DNA of 64,000 nucleotides, taken from NCBI GenBank assembly GCA_965368335.1, contig CBDUMN010000005.1:105-64104 (forward strand). Direction: 5' to 3'. This DNA comes from an uncultured Rhodospirillales bacterium. Its GTDB lineage: Bacteria; Pseudomonadota; Alphaproteobacteria; Rhodospirillales; JAPHRK01. A model generated the notes under the pieces. That model saw nothing but the letters and a program-made list of their open reading frames with translations. It did no database searches and was not told the DNA's origin. A program made the position numbers and the translations under genes. Below, piece by piece: positions 42,672-53,076 of this stretch. Position 1 is the first letter of the stretch. Each line of letters starts with the position of its first letter.

Positions 42672-45600
42672 TCAGTTTTCCTGGATTTCGGTAATTCCGG
42701 GAATCGCTTTGACGGCCTGAAGAACCGCAGGGGAAATCTTGTATCGACTTTCTAAAAGGATATCGGCCTCTTTAACCATATCCATATTGACCGTAAAACG
42801 GACGATCCCACGCCCTTTTCCTTCACGTTCGAGCACCGCCTTGACGTGCTCGATTGGGCTGGAGTTGTCGATAAACACGGTCATGCCCGCATCCGTATCG
42901 GCTGCAACCACATCCAGAGACTTGATCGTGTTGGCGATAAAACGGACAGTTTCTCCCTCGAATTGGGCCGCGGCGGCGACGTAAATATTGTTGCCAACCT
43001 CCAAAAGCTCTCCTGCGGCGGCCAATTGTTCGGAGAAAACCGTGATTTCGTAGCCGCCCGTGGCGTCTGACATACTGACAAACGCGAATTTGTTGCCTTT
43101 TTGCGATGTCCTGACCTTTTTGCAGGTTACGGTTCCTGCAAGGTGAACCGGGCGCGACTCCCCTTCCCTCAAAATTTCAGAATAGGTCTCGACCTGAAGT
43201 CGCTTGAGACTCTTTCCGTATGCATCGAGAGGATGGGCCGAAAGATAGAAGCCGATGGCGTCGAATTCGTTTCTCAGCCGCTCCATTAAGGGCCAGTCGG
43301 GCCGGTCGGGGAGTTTGGCGGCAGCCTTCGTGGCGGCATCGTCCATGCCAAACATGCCAATCTGAGCATCGTTTCGCTCCCGCGTCGCCGTGGCCGCGTG
43401 ACGAAGAATGGTTTCCAGCCCATCGAAAGCCTTGGCCCGATTTCGCTCAATGCTATCGAAGCCTCCACCTTTAACGAGATTTTCAAGCTGGCGCTTGTTG
43501 ATGAGCTTGGTGTCGATGCGATTGGCGAAGTCGAAAGGTTCTTTGAAGGGGCCGTTAGCCTCTCGTTCGCTGACCACAGCCTCCATGGCTGCTTCACCGA
43601 CATTTTTGACCGCTGCCAAGGCATACCAGATGAAGCGATTGCCCTCCCCGTCTTTCGCCACCTTAAAAGTTACATCAGAATTGTTGATGTCGGGTGGCAT
43701 CAGTTTGACGGCCAAGCGGTCCAGCTCTTGGCGGAAAACATTCAGCTTGTCGGTATTGTTCATATCGAGCGTCATCGAGGCCGCCAGGAACTCAACCGGG
43801 TAGTTCGCTTTCAGGTAGGCGGTTTGATAAGCCACCAGGGCATAGGCCGCCGCATGGGACTTATTGAAGCCGTAGCCGGCGAACTTGTTGACCTGATCGA
43901 AAATATCCGACGCCTTTTGCCCCGGCACCCCACGCGCTTCGGCCCCATCGACGAACAACTTCCGTTGCTTATCCATCTCCTCCTTGATCTTTTTACCCAT
44001 GGCGCGGCGCAGAAGGTCGGCGCCGCCGAGCGTATAGCCCGAGAGTTCCTGGGCAATCTGCATCACCTGTTCCTGGTAAATCATGATCCCGTAGGTTTCT
44101 TCCAGGATGGGTTTCAAGGTCGGGTAGAGGTAGTCCGGTTCTTCTTCTCCGTGCTTACGGCGAATATAGCTTGGGATGTTGTCCATCGGGCCCGGACGAT
44201 AGAGAGCCACAACAGCAATAAGGTCTTCCAGGCTATCAGGCTTCATGTTGCGCAATACGTCACGCATCCCGGCCGATTCCAACTGGAATACGCCGGTTGT
44301 TTCACCGCGCGCCAGCATTTCAAACGTTGGCTGGTCGTCGAACGGTAGGTTGGAGAGATCAATCTCCTCGCCGGTCATCGCCTTTATGTTGTTCAGGGCG
44401 GTTGAGAGAACGGTTAGGGTTTTTAGGCCCAAAAAGTCGAATTTGATCAGGCCGGTGGACTCGACGTATTTCATATTGAACTGCGTCACCGGCATGTCCG
44501 AGCGTGGATCGCGGTAAAGCGGCACCAACTGATCAAGCGGACGGTCGCCAATCACCACACCGGCCGCATGGGTTGAGGCATGGCGGTAAAGCCCCTCGAG
44601 ACGTTTGGCGATAGAGAAGAGTTGAGCGACTTTCTCTTCCTCGGCAATCATCTCCCGAAGCTGAGGCTCCCCTTCAATCGCTTCGGTCAGCGTTACCGGA
44701 TTGGCCGGATTGGCCGGGATCAGTTTGGAGATGCGATCTACTTGCCCATAAGGCATTTCGAGCACCCGCCCGACGTCCCTTACGGCAGCTTTCGCCTGCA
44801 GCTTACCAAACGTGATGATTTGGGCGACATGGTCATAACCGTATTTGTCCTGTACGTACTTGATCACCTCTTCCCGCCGGTCCTGGCAGAAATCGATATC
44901 GAAGTCGGGCATGGACACACGTTCGGGATTGAGAAAACGTTCGAATAGAAGGCCGAAACGCAAGGGATCCAGATCGGTAATAGTCAATGCCCAGGCGACA
45001 CAGGACCCTGCTCCCGACCCACGGCCCGGCCCGACGGGAATATCGTTCTCCTTGGCCCAGGCGATAAAGTCGGCAACGATGAGAAAGTAGCCGGGAAAGC
45101 CCATCTGGACGATAATGTCCAATTCATAGTCGAGGCGCTCGAAATATGGCCGTCCGGCGGCTTGGCGCTCTTTATCGCTCATGTCTTCGGTGTAGACTTG
45201 GGCTTCTAGCCGGAGTTTTAGGCCTTCTTTGGATTGATGACGCAATTCATCTTCTTCCGTGCGCCCTTCTCCGCAGTCGTAAGGCGGCAAAAGCGGGTCG
45301 ACGTATTCATTCATGAAGGCGCAGCGCCGGGCAATAACCAAAGTGTTATCAATGGCTTCAGGCAAATCACTGAAAAGCTGAATCATTTCTTCGGCGGTCT
45401 TGAACCGATGATTGACCGTCAATCGGCGGCGTTCGTCCTGGCTGACGTAATTGCCACCTGCAATACAGAGCAATGCATCGTGAGCCTCATACATTTCCGA
45501 AGAAACAAAGAAGGCCTCGTTGGTGGCAACCAGTGGAATGTCGTGTTTAAAAGCGAGATCGATAAACTGCTTTTCGGTCTTGGCCTCGTCCGGAACCCCA

Positions 45601-46160
45601 TGGCGCATGATCTCCATATAGAGGCGGCCCGGAAAATACTCCGTCAACTTGAGCAGGATTTCTTCGGCTTGCTCGAAATGTTCTCGCACCAGCGCCTGGC
45701 CGATGCTGCCTTGCGGGCCGCCGGTCAGGGCAATCAGGCCATCGGTTAGGCCTTCAAGCGCCGCTAAGGGGATTTGCGGCTCCGCATTGTCCTCCGTTTC
45801 CAAGTAGGCCTTGCTCACCAGCTTCATGATGTTGGCGTAGCCGGTCTCGTTTTGGACGAGCAGAACCAGTTGTTCCGGCTCGGGCGGACGGCTCGATCGT
45901 TTGCTGAGTGCGCCCCCGTCTCCATCATCGACGGCCTGGGGAGTGATGCCAAGTTGACAGCCGAGAATGGGCTGGATGCCGCCGCCTTTCGCCGCACCGG
46001 AAAACTCGATGGCGCCGAACATATTGTTGGTATCGGTCACGGCCAGAGCGGGCATTTTCATGCCCTGGCACTGCTTAACGAGCTCTTTGACCTGTATTGC
46101 GCCTTCAGAAAGCGAATAGGCCGTATGAACCCTTAAATGAACGAAACCTGCATGCGACAT
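42672..46160 (-). CDS. dnaE: DNA polymerase III alpha subunit
   Basis: PHP domain start FVHLRVHTAYSLSEGA, then GFPGYFLIVADF, PGRGSGAGS, DFDIDF..., an OB fold and a C-terminal domain. The start is uncertain: the ATG at 46160 is chosen, and the GTG at 46211 is the longest-ORF alternative. Confidence 0.9.
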   Translation of the reverse strand: MSHAGFVHLRVHTAYSLSEGAIQVKELVKQCQGMKMPALAVTDTNNMFGAIEFSGAAKGGGIQPILGCQLGITPQAVDDGDGGALSKRSSRPPEPEQLVLLVQNETGYANIMKLVSKAYLETEDNAEPQIPLAALEGLTDGLIALTGGPQGSIGQALVREHFEQAEEILLKLTEYFPGRLYMEIMRHGVPDEAKTEKQFIDLAFKHDIPLVATNEAFFVSSEMYEAHDALLCIAGGNYVSQDERRRLTVNHRFKTAEEMIQLFSDLPEAIDNTLVIARRCAFMNEYVDPLLPPYDCGEGRTEEDELRHQSKEGLKLRLEAQVYTEDMSDKERQAAGRPYFERLDYELDIIVQMGFPGYFLIVADFIAWAKENDIPVGPGRGSGAGSCVAWALTITDLDPLRFGLLFERFLNPERVSMPDFDIDFCQDRREEVIKYVQDKYGYDHVAQIITFGKLQAKAAVRDVGRVLEMPYGQVDRISKLIPANPANPVTLTEAIEGEPQLREMIAEEEKVAQLFSIAKRLEGLYRHASTHAAGVVIGDRPLDQLVPLYRDPRSDMPVTQFNMKYVESTGLIKFDFLGLKTLTVLSTALNNIKAMTGEEIDLSNLPFDDQPTFEMLARGETTGVFQLESAGMRDVLRNMKPDSLEDLIAVVALYRPGPMDNIPSYIRRKHGEEEPDYLYPTLKPILEETYGIMIYQEQVMQIAQELSGYTLGGADLLRRAMGKKIKEEMDKQRKLFVDGAEARGVPGQKASDIFDQVNKFAGYGFNKSHAAAYALVAYQTAYLKANYPVEFLAASMTLDMNNTDKLNVFRQELDRLAVKLMPPDINNSDVTFKVAKDGEGNRFIWYALAAVKNVGEAAMEAVVSEREANGPFKEPFDFANRIDTKLINKRQLENLVKGGGFDSIERNRAKAFDGLETILRHAATATRERNDAQIGMFGMDDAATKAAAKLPDRPDWPLMERLRNEFDAIGFYLSAHPLDAYGKSLKRLQVETYSEILREGESRPVHLAGTVTCKKVRTSQKGNKFAFVSMSDATGGYEITVFSEQLAAAGELLEVGNNIYVAAAAQFEGETVRFIANTIKSLDVVAADTDAGMTVFIDNSSPIEHVKAVLEREGKGRGIVRFTVNMDMVKEADILLESRYKISPAVLQAVKAIPGITEIQEN

Positions 46161-46229
46161 GGCATTAGAAAAACATGGGCCGTCGAGAGGACCAACAAAA
46201 AGGTTTTCCACAGCTGTGGAAGGAACCGG

Positions 46230-46931
46230 TTAAAGTTCTTTAAGTGCCCCATCTTCAAGGGTTACGGCGCGATCCATGCGTTTTGCCAAATCGGGATTAT
46301 GCGTCGCGATCAGAGCGGCGAGGCCCGAGCCTTTAACCAGCTTAAGCAGCAGATTGAAAACCGATTCGGCGGTATGGGGATCGAGGTTGCCCGTCGGCTC
46401 GTCGGCCAGCAGGAGCCAGGGGGCATTGGCGAGCGCCCTGGCAATGGCGACGCGCTGCTGTTCCCCGCCCGAAAGCTGGCCCGGGCGATGTTCGGCGCGA
46501 TCACTCAACCCCATATAATCGAGAAGCTCCATGGCTCGGACGGCTGCTTCCGCTTTTCCAAGACCATTGATGATTTGGGGCAGAACGATATTTTCAAGCG
46601 CTGAAAACTCGGCCAAAAGATGGTGGTATTGGTATACGAAGCCGAGATTTTTGCGGCGGATTTCCGTGCGCTTGCCTTCCGGTAGATTTTTGCACTCCTG
46701 GCCGCAAAGCGTAATCTCCCCTTCCTGTGGGCGATCCAGCAAGCCCGCAACATGCAATAAGGTGGATTTGCCGGAACCCGAGGGGCCGACGAGTGCGACG
46801 ATTTCGCCCTTTTTGACCCGCAAGTCGGCTGAAGAGAGGATTTCGAGAATTTTGCCGCCCTGCTGATAGGTACGCCGGACGCCTTTCAGTTCCAAAGCGA
46901 CGTCGCCGTAGCTGAAGAGATCGTCACTCAT
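46230..46931 (-). CDS. lolD: Lipoprotein-releasing system ATP-binding protein
   Basis: Walker [10 protein letters not shown], signature [15 protein letters not shown], Walker [13 protein letters not shown]. It is paired with a LolC/E-type permease upstream. Confidence 0.85.
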   Translation of the reverse strand: MSDDLFSYGDVALELKGVRRTYQQGGKILEILSSADLRVKKGEIVALVGPSGSGKSTLLHVAGLLDRPQEGEITLCGQECKNLPEGKRTEIRRKNLGFVYQYHHLLAEFSALENIVLPQIINGLGKAEAAVRAMELLDYMGLSDRAEHRPGQLSGGEQQRVAIARALANAPWLLLADEPTGNLDPHTAESVFNLLLKLVKGSGLAALIATHNPDLAKRMDRAVTLEDGALKEL

Positions 46932-48177
46932 AACGCAGCGCCTCCACAGGGTCCAAGCGGGCGGCCCGCCAAGACGGATAGAGGGTGGCGAGGAAGGAAA
47001 GCCCCAGTCCCATCAGAACGACAGAGACAACCTCGTTGAAATCGACAATGGCGGGGAGCTTGGAGAGGAAATAGATTTCCGCGGCGAAAAGCTCGGTGCC
47101 GGTAATGGCCTGAATTCCCTGGCGAATGCTTTCGATATTGCTGGCGAATGCCAACCCGAGAAGAGAGCCCGCAAGCGTTCCTATCACCCCGACGCTCGCC
47201 CCGCTGATCAGGAATATCCGCATGATCATGCCGCGCGATGCGCCCATGGTGCGCAGGATGGCGATATCTTGGCCCTTGTCTTTGACCAACATGATAAGGC
47301 TGGAAATAATATTGAAGGCCGCTACCACAATAATCAGGGTCAGGATGAGGAACATGACATTGCGCTCCACCTGAAGCGCATTGAAGAAACTGGCGTTGGT
47401 CTGTTGCCAATCCAAAACTCGAATGCCGCCGCCCACTTCATCATACAGCCGATCATAAAGCCCTAAAGACGTCCTGTAGGCGGTGTCCGGGTCTCTGACC
47501 ATAGCTTCCAGGTAGGAAACCTTGTTGGGCAAGCGGAAGTACTTTTGAGCGGCATCAAGAGGCATATAGACGAAGGATGAGTCGTATTCATGCATTCCCA
47601 CGTCAAACGTGCCGACAATGGTATACCCCGCCATGCGCGGCATGGTGCCAAAGGCCGTTACGTTCCCTTTTGGTGAAATGATCGTAATTTTTTCGCCAAG
47701 CTGCAGGCCGAGTTTACGCGCCAAACGGTATCCGACAACCACCGAATTGCCAGTGAAATCTTCAAGGCGACCTTCACGCATGTTGTCGACGACGATCTTG
47801 CGGGCCGCCAAGTCGGAAGGACGCAGGCCCCGCACCAAAGCACCGGAGGCGTTCCCCTTGCCACTGACCATCACCTGCCCTTCGATCATCGGGGTGACGT
47901 GTAAAACGTCTTCATCGCCCTTGATGACGGCAGCCAATCGGTCGTAGTCACCCAGCCCTTGAGCCGACCCGGCGACGGTGACATGACCATTCAGCCCTAA
48001 AATTCGCGTGAGAAGCTCCTGACGGAAGCCATTCATCACCGACATGACGATGATCAGCGTCGCCACGCCCAAAGCAATGCCGAGCAAGGAGAACCAGGCG
48101 ATAACGGAAATAAACCCCTCCCTGCGTCGGGCGCGCAGGTATCGTAGGGCGACCATCCATTCAAAGGGAGAAAACAA
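46924..48177 (-). CDS. lolE: Lipoprotein-releasing system permease (LolC/LolE family)
   Basis: [21 protein letters not shown]-terminus, MacB-like periplasmic domain and FtsX-type C-terminal TM bundle. It overlaps lolD by 8 nt. Confidence 0.85.
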   Translation of the reverse strand: MFSPFEWMVALRYLRARRREGFISVIAWFSLLGIALGVATLIIVMSVMNGFRQELLTRILGLNGHVTVAGSAQGLGDYDRLAAVIKGDEDVLHVTPMIEGQVMVSGKGNASGALVRGLRPSDLAARKIVVDNMREGRLEDFTGNSVVVGYRLARKLGLQLGEKITIISPKGNVTAFGTMPRMAGYTIVGTFDVGMHEYDSSFVYMPLDAAQKYFRLPNKVSYLEAMVRDPDTAYRTSLGLYDRLYDEVGGGIRVLDWQQTNASFFNALQVERNVMFLILTLIIVVAAFNIISSLIMLVKDKGQDIAILRTMGASRGMIMRIFLISGASVGVIGTLAGSLLGLAFASNIESIRQGIQAITGTELFAAEIYFLSKLPAIVDFNEVVSVVLMGLGLSFLATLYPSWRAARLDPVEALRYE

Positions 48178-48185
48178 AACCGGCG

Positions 48186-49505
48186 TTACTCCGTAAAGCG
48201 AGCGAGCGCGGATTCGAGGGAAACCTCTTCTTTTTCCCCCGTTGCCCGGTTTTTGATTTCCACCTTGCCTTCTTTAAGGCCGCGCGGCCCAACGATCATT
48301 TGCCAGGGAATGCCGATCAGGTCCATATCGGCAAATTTACCGCCCGCTCTTTCGTTGCGGTCGTCATAGAGTACATCGAGACCACAGGATTTCAGGGTGG
48401 CATTGATATCTTCGCAGGTGGCGTCACATTCTTCGTCGCCGGTACGCAAGTTGATCAAGCCCACTTGGAACGGGGCTACGGCTTCCGGCCAGATGATGCC
48501 GTTGTCGTCGTGTGACGCCTCTATGATCGCGCCGACCAGCCTTGAGACGCCAATACCATAAGAGCCCATTTCCACGGCGATTTCCTTGCCATCGGCGGTG
48601 TTCACAACGGCGTTTAACGGGTCGGAATACTTGGTGCCGAAGTTGAAAATATGGCCGACCTCAATGCCGCGGGCGGAAATCAGGTCGTCGCCCAATTCTT
48701 TTTCCTTAGCCGGATCGTGCATCTCATCGGTTGCGGCATAATGGCTGGTGAATTTGTCTACCGTAGCCTGGAGACCATCGTAGTTAGCGTAATCGACGGC
48801 GTTCTCTTCGATCTCCAAATCCATGTAAGCCTTATGGCAAAAGACCTGGGATTCGCCGGTTTCCGCAAGGATCAAAAACTCGTGGCTCATATCGCCGCCG
48901 ATGGGTCCGGTATCGGCTTGCATGGGAATCGCCTTAAGGCCCATACGCTGAAAAGTCTTCAAGTAAGCCACGAACATTTGATTGTAAGACTTTCTAGCCC
49001 CTTCTTTATCGAGATCGAAGGAGTAGCTGTCTTTCATCAGGAACTCACGGCCGCGCATAACCCCAAAACGAGGACGGACCTCGTCGCGGAACTTCCATTG
49101 AATATGATAAAGCAGCTTCGGCAAATCCTTGTAACTACGAATGTAGCTGCGGAAGATTTCCGTGATCATCTCTTCGTTGGTCGGGCCGAATAACATTTCG
49201 CGATCGTGACGATCGGTAATGCGAAGCATTTCTTTGCCGTAATCATCGTAGCGCCCACTCTCCCGCCAGATTTCGGCAGGCTGAATGGTCGGCATCAGCA
49301 ATTCCTGCGCTCCGGCTTTATCCTGCTCTTCCCGGACGATTTGCTCGACCTTTTTCAGCACTTTGAAACCCAGCGGCAGCCAGGAGTAAATACCGGCGCT
49401 CGACTGACGGATCATCCCGGCCCGCAGCATCAAACGATGAGAAACGATTTGGGCCTCGTTGGGGGTTTCCTTCAAGGTCGGTAGGAAGAAACTTGAGCGG
49501 CGCAT
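48186..49505 (-). CDS. proS: Proline--tRNA ligase (short form without the INS editing domain)
   Basis: 439 aa. Class II motifs (...FRDE.RPRFG..RGREF.MKD.YSF) and a C-terminal anticodon-binding domain. At 439 aa the protein is too short to contain the ~180-aa insertion found in E. coli-type ProRS. Confidence 0.9.
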   Translation of the reverse strand: MRRSSFFLPTLKETPNEAQIVSHRLMLRAGMIRQSSAGIYSWLPLGFKVLKKVEQIVREEQDKAGAQELLMPTIQPAEIWRESGRYDDYGKEMLRITDRHDREMLFGPTNEEMITEIFRSYIRSYKDLPKLLYHIQWKFRDEVRPRFGVMRGREFLMKDSYSFDLDKEGARKSYNQMFVAYLKTFQRMGLKAIPMQADTGPIGGDMSHEFLILAETGESQVFCHKAYMDLEIEENAVDYANYDGLQATVDKFTSHYAATDEMHDPAKEKELGDDLISARGIEVGHIFNFGTKYSDPLNAVVNTADGKEIAVEMGSYGIGVSRLVGAIIEASHDDNGIIWPEAVAPFQVGLINLRTGDEECDATCEDINATLKSCGLDVLYDDRNERAGGKFADMDLIGIPWQMIVGPRGLKEGKVEIKNRATGEKEEVSLESALARFTE

Positions 49506-49639
49506 GCAATCCTCGCAAACGGTCTTAAATCAAGACGAATCATCTGGTCGCGACTTTAGGGAAAGCAACCGGACAAAACAATGGGAGTCCGTTGGGATTG
49601 TCAAAAAATCGTGGCTTTTTTGGGGCTTATCACAAGCGA

Positions 49640-50929
49640 TCAGCGTTTCTTGTAAAATTCCCGGCAGGCGGCAGCGATTTCCGCTTCGTCTTCACGGCCC
49701 AGGAGTTCTCCATTGAGGTATAACCGTTTGTTGTTCAGGTTGAACCGTACTTTACCGACCTTAAAGGACCCGCTCGGTGTTTTAGCCGCTTTTTTATAGG
49801 TTGAAATAAGGTCGCTATTGGCTGTCGTGGCTTCGCTGGCGGCTTCTTCCGTCTCACTGGCGCTAGATGAGAGAGTTGATGCTGCAGACCGAAGGTCGCT
49901 AACCGTTGCCTCTTCTGCATAGCCAATGCCTTCGGCAGCAGAAACCGCTTCTTCGGCGGCTGTTTGAGCTGCCGCTCCGTCGCTATTGGCAACGGCTGTT
50001 TCTGCCGATGAGACAGCGGTCGTTACGGTCTCAACGGCCGTATTGGCTTCTTCCAAACTGTCGTAAGCGGTTTCCATGGCCGTTTTGAGGGCATCGTTAC
50101 TTTTATCGGCCTGATAAGCATCAACCGCAGCATCATAAGCCTCCCGAGCATCTTGCTGAAGGGACTCCGCCCCGCTTAAGGCTTCCTGTGCTGAATAGAG
50201 AGAGGCCTGAGCCGAGGCTTTCGAAGCCGACGATGCAGCGCTTGTCGCTTGGGAAGCTTTAGTATCCCCATCAATGGCTTCATCAGATGCCTCGGCGGAA
50301 GAATTTGCGGCGCTCGAACTTGATGAAACCTGGGTATAGACAGACTGAGCCTCGGATAGATCGGTTTCGGCGGTTTCAAGCGTCGCGATGGCGTCGTTCA
50401 AAGTATCTTTCAATGCATCTTTTGTCGCTGGCGTTCTATTTTCATAGGCCTCCAGGGCCGTTTCATAGTCTCCAAGCGCGGTATCGTAGGTTGATTGGGC
50501 GTTGTCATAGACTGCCTGGGCGGCCTCGGCTGTCGTTTCGGCTTCGCTTGCAGCAGAAAGAGCGGAACTGGCCGCCGCAACTGCTTTTGCCGACGCGGTT
50601 GCCGCCGCTTGGGCGGCTTTGGCTTTTTCCTCAGGTGCGCCCATATAGCGCCCTGCATCGATGGAAATATCGAAGGTGATTTCATCGGGCAGCTTGAAAT
50701 TCATCCCGCCTTGCAGATCTGCCGGAGCGACTTTTTTTCCGCGCACATCAACGCCTGGTCTGTATTCGACATCCGCCCGGGCTTGATGATTAACCAGCCG
50801 ATTGCAGATGCGTTTGGAGACCTTGATCTTTTGTTTGACCGGTTCGGTTGCCTGCTCTCCTCCTTCTTCAGCAAATGAATTTGGAGATAGGCCAAGCAAA
50901 ACCAGTGAAATCGGTAGCAGCCATTTCAT
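49640..50929 (-). CDS. Secreted hypothetical protein: small conserved-looking N- and C-terminal segments split by a ~280-aa Ala/Ser/Thr/Glu-rich low-complexity region
   Basis: Signal peptide MKWLLPISLVLLGLSPNSFA. N-terminal segment ...VEYRPGVDVRGKKVAPADLQGG.... Long helical-looking A/S/T/E region with recurring A.AYD.A...Y..AL motifs. C-terminal segment FKVGKVRFNLNNKRLYLNGELLG. Confidence 0.7.
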   Translation of the reverse strand: MKWLLPISLVLLGLSPNSFAEEGGEQATEPVKQKIKVSKRICNRLVNHQARADVEYRPGVDVRGKKVAPADLQGGMNFKLPDEITFDISIDAGRYMGAPEEKAKAAQAAATASAKAVAAASSALSAASEAETTAEAAQAVYDNAQSTYDTALGDYETALEAYENRTPATKDALKDTLNDAIATLETAETDLSEAQSVYTQVSSSSSAANSSAEASDEAIDGDTKASQATSAASSASKASAQASLYSAQEALSGAESLQQDAREAYDAAVDAYQADKSNDALKTAMETAYDSLEEANTAVETVTTAVSSAETAVANSDGAAAQTAAEEAVSAAEGIGYAEEATVSDLRSAASTLSSSASETEEAASEATTANSDLISTYKKAAKTPSGSFKVGKVRFNLNNKRLYLNGELLGREDEAEIAAACREFYKKR

Positions 50930-51026
50930 CTTGAGGACTCTACTCTTTGGCGCTTAACAAAGACCTAAAACCACGGTAGCGTGTTTTCGATTGGGAAGGA
51001 TAATTATTAATCCGGGGGCCGCCAAG

Positions 51027-52322
51027 ATGGATGCTTTCTTCAAGCTTCAAGACCATGGAACCGACATCAAAACCGAATTGATGGCGGGGCTGACGACTTT
51101 TCTGACCATGGCTTATATCGTTTTCGTCAATCCTTCCATACTGGCGCAAACGGGCATGGACCAGGGGGCGGTCTTTGTCGCCACTTGTTTGGCCGCGGCT
51201 ATCGGCACGGCAATTATGGGGCTTTGGGCTAATTATCCCGTCGCCCTCGCACCCGGCATGGGGCTGAACGCCTTTTTCACTTACGGCGTTGTGCTCGGCA
51301 TGGGCCATAGTTGGCAGATCGCCTTAGGTGCGGTTTTTCTTTCCGGGGTCATCTTTTTGGCCTTGAGCATTCTTCCGGTGCGCGAATGGATCATCAACAG
51401 TATCCCCCACTCTCTCAAGATGGCCATCGCCGCAGGGATCGGTCTTTTTCTTGCGATTATTGCACTTAAAAACGCCGGCATCGTCGTCGATCATCCGGCT
51501 ACATTGGTGACCATTGGCGACATCAAAAAGCCCGAGGCGCTTTTGGCCGTTTTCGGTTTTATCGTCATGGCGGCCCTTTACGCCCGGAAAGTTCCCGGCT
51601 CAATCGTTATCGCTATACTGCTCACCTCGGCCCTCGGGATCGTCTTTGGCGTTTCGACCTTTGGCGGCGTGGTATCCGCTCCTCCCAGCCTGACGCCAAC
51701 TTTGATGCAGATGGATATCATGGGAGCCATCGAAGCCGGATTGGTTGGCGTGGTTATCGCCTTTTTATTCGTCGATCTGTTCGATACGGCAGGAACCTTG
51801 GTCGCCGTTGCCCATCAGGGAAAGCTGTTAGATGAAAATGAACGTCTGCCCCGCTTGGGACGGGCTTTAATGGCCGACAGCACGGCTTCCATCGCCGGGT
51901 CCATGCTCGGCACTTCAACAACGACCAGCTACATCGAAAGCGCATCGGGCATCAATGCAGGCGGTCGCACCGGTTTAACCGCTGTCACCGTTGCCATACT
52001 GTTCCTTGCCTGTCTGTTCTTCTCGCCATTGGCAGGCAGCGTTCCGGCCTTTGCGACGGCCCCCGCCCTGCTCTTTGTCGCCTGCCTCATGGTGCGCGGA
52101 ATTACCCATATCGACTGGGACGACGTAACCGAAGTCGCGCCCGCAGTCGTTACCGCGGTTTGTATGCCCCTCACCTTCTCGATTGCGACCGGGATTGGCT
52201 GCGGTTTCATTGCATATGCCGCAATCAAGCTTCTGGCTGGTCGGCTTCAGGATTTAACTCCCGCCGTTTGCGTTTTAGCAGCCGCCTTTATCCTGAAGTT
52301 CTATTTTCTCGGGGCCGGTTAA
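51027..52322 (+). CDS. NCS2/AzgA-family purine (adenine/guanine/hypoxanthine) permease
   Basis: MDAFFKLQDHGTDIKTELMAGLTTFLTMAYIVFVNPSIL is the canonical N-terminus of this family, and the protein is polytopic throughout. The ATG at 51027 is preferred to the upstream TTG. Confidence 0.9.
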   Translation: MDAFFKLQDHGTDIKTELMAGLTTFLTMAYIVFVNPSILAQTGMDQGAVFVATCLAAAIGTAIMGLWANYPVALAPGMGLNAFFTYGVVLGMGHSWQIALGAVFLSGVIFLALSILPVREWIINSIPHSLKMAIAAGIGLFLAIIALKNAGIVVDHPATLVTIGDIKKPEALLAVFGFIVMAALYARKVPGSIVIAILLTSALGIVFGVSTFGGVVSAPPSLTPTLMQMDIMGAIEAGLVGVVIAFLFVDLFDTAGTLVAVAHQGKLLDENERLPRLGRALMADSTASIAGSMLGTSTTTSYIESASGINAGGRTGLTAVTVAILFLACLFFSPLAGSVPAFATAPALLFVACLMVRGITHIDWDDVTEVAPAVVTAVCMPLTFSIATGIGCGFIAYAAIKLLAGRLQDLTPAVCVLAAAFILKFYFLGAG

Positions 52323-52879
52323 TCTTCCCGGTAAAAATCTTCCCCGACCGACAACCAGGGAGGATTGAGCTTGGCGATTGCCGCATAGGTCGGGCAGTCA
52401 GGACTATGGACGCCCGGAAGGTAGCCGAGGCTCATTAAAAACTCACCGGTGATTTCTCCACCGGTGAACTTGAAGGTCTTTTTGAAAAGTTTCACCCATT
52501 GGCTTTTCTTCAGCGGATGGTTAGAGGCTATCCAGGCATCGAACGAGCCGTGTTCTTCTCTTAAGCTCTGAATACGTTTGGCGTTTTCGATTATCGCATC
52601 GATTTTCAGTCGATTGCGGATGATCCCCGTATCGTTTAACAAACGCTGCCGCTCATGCTCACCGTAGGCTGCGACTGTATTGAGCTGAAATCCCTCGAAG
52701 GCCTTAAAAATCGCCTCACGTTTTTTTAAGATGGTCAGCCAGGAAAGCCCGGCCTGAAAGATTTCAAGCGCCAGCCGTTCGAGCAAAACGTCATCGTCTT
52801 TCTGCGGAAAGCCGTATTCCCTATCGTGATATGGCTGATGATAAGGGTCACCCTTGGCGGCGTCACAATACCAATTCAT
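52319..52879 (-). CDS. tag: DNA-3-methyladenine glycosylase I
   Basis: YHDREYGFP..DD..LLERLALEIFQAGLSWLTILKKREAFKAF pattern. The ATG at 52879 overlaps the stop of the upstream DUF1467 gene (ATGA). Confidence 0.85.
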   Translation of the reverse strand: MNWYCDAAKGDPYHQPYHDREYGFPQKDDDVLLERLALEIFQAGLSWLTILKKREAIFKAFEGFQLNTVAAYGEHERQRLLNDTGIIRNRLKIDAIIENAKRIQSLREEHGSFDAWIASNHPLKKSQWVKLFKKTFKFTGGEITGEFLMSLGYLPGVHSPDCPTYAAIAKLNPPWLSVGEDFYRED

Positions 52880-53070
52880 GCATTCACCCTCACCAGATCG
52901 GAGGTAAAGACCAAGTAGAGAACGCCCCAAAGCACCGCAGCTAAAACCGTAGTGACGGCGAGGCGTTTCAATAGGTTGGGCTTGGGCTTGTCATCGGTTC
53001 TTCCCGCCGCCATAACGGCGAGGAAGACCAACCACCAAACGACCAGATAGGCAACGACTTCAACGAGCAA
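52876..53070 (-). CDS. Small membrane protein, DUF1467-like
   Basis: 64 aa with two TM helices (VVAYLVVWWLVFLAV..., ...LAVTTVLAAVLWGVLYLVF). It sits downstream of mce, the position occupied by DUF1467 genes in many alphaproteobacteria. The assignment is from memory of that family's pattern. Confidence 0.55.
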   Translation of the reverse strand: MLVEVVAYLVVWWLVFLAVMAAGRTDDKPKPNLLKRLAVTTVLAAVLWGVLYLVFTSDLVRVNA

Positions 53071-53076
53071 GGGAAC

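Noticed and set aside
43398-44348. 316-aa plus-strand ORF. Similar cases are 18998-19630 (minus, inside recG), 16624-17139 (plus, inside mfd), 58734-59435 and 60447-62064 (plus, inside the nuo genes)
   Set aside because: They are antisense to dnaE, recG, mfd and nuoL/M respectively, all of which carry full sets of catalytic motifs. None shows independent coding signals.
46230-48177. ABC transporter genes considered as a possible T1SS for the adhesin
   Set aside because: The ATPase is a small MacB/LolD-type protein without a fused TM or C39 domain. The partner is a LolC/E FtsX-type permease in the conserved proS-lolE-lolD-dnaE context. This is the lipoprotein-release system, not a T1SS.
50930-51026. 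Possible purine riboswitch upstream of the NCS2 purine permease
   Set aside because: The ~97-nt leader lacks the conserved three-way-junction core (UAUA...GAAUAUGG...CUACC...) of guanine/adenine riboswitches, and no convincing P1-P2-P3 stems could be drawn.
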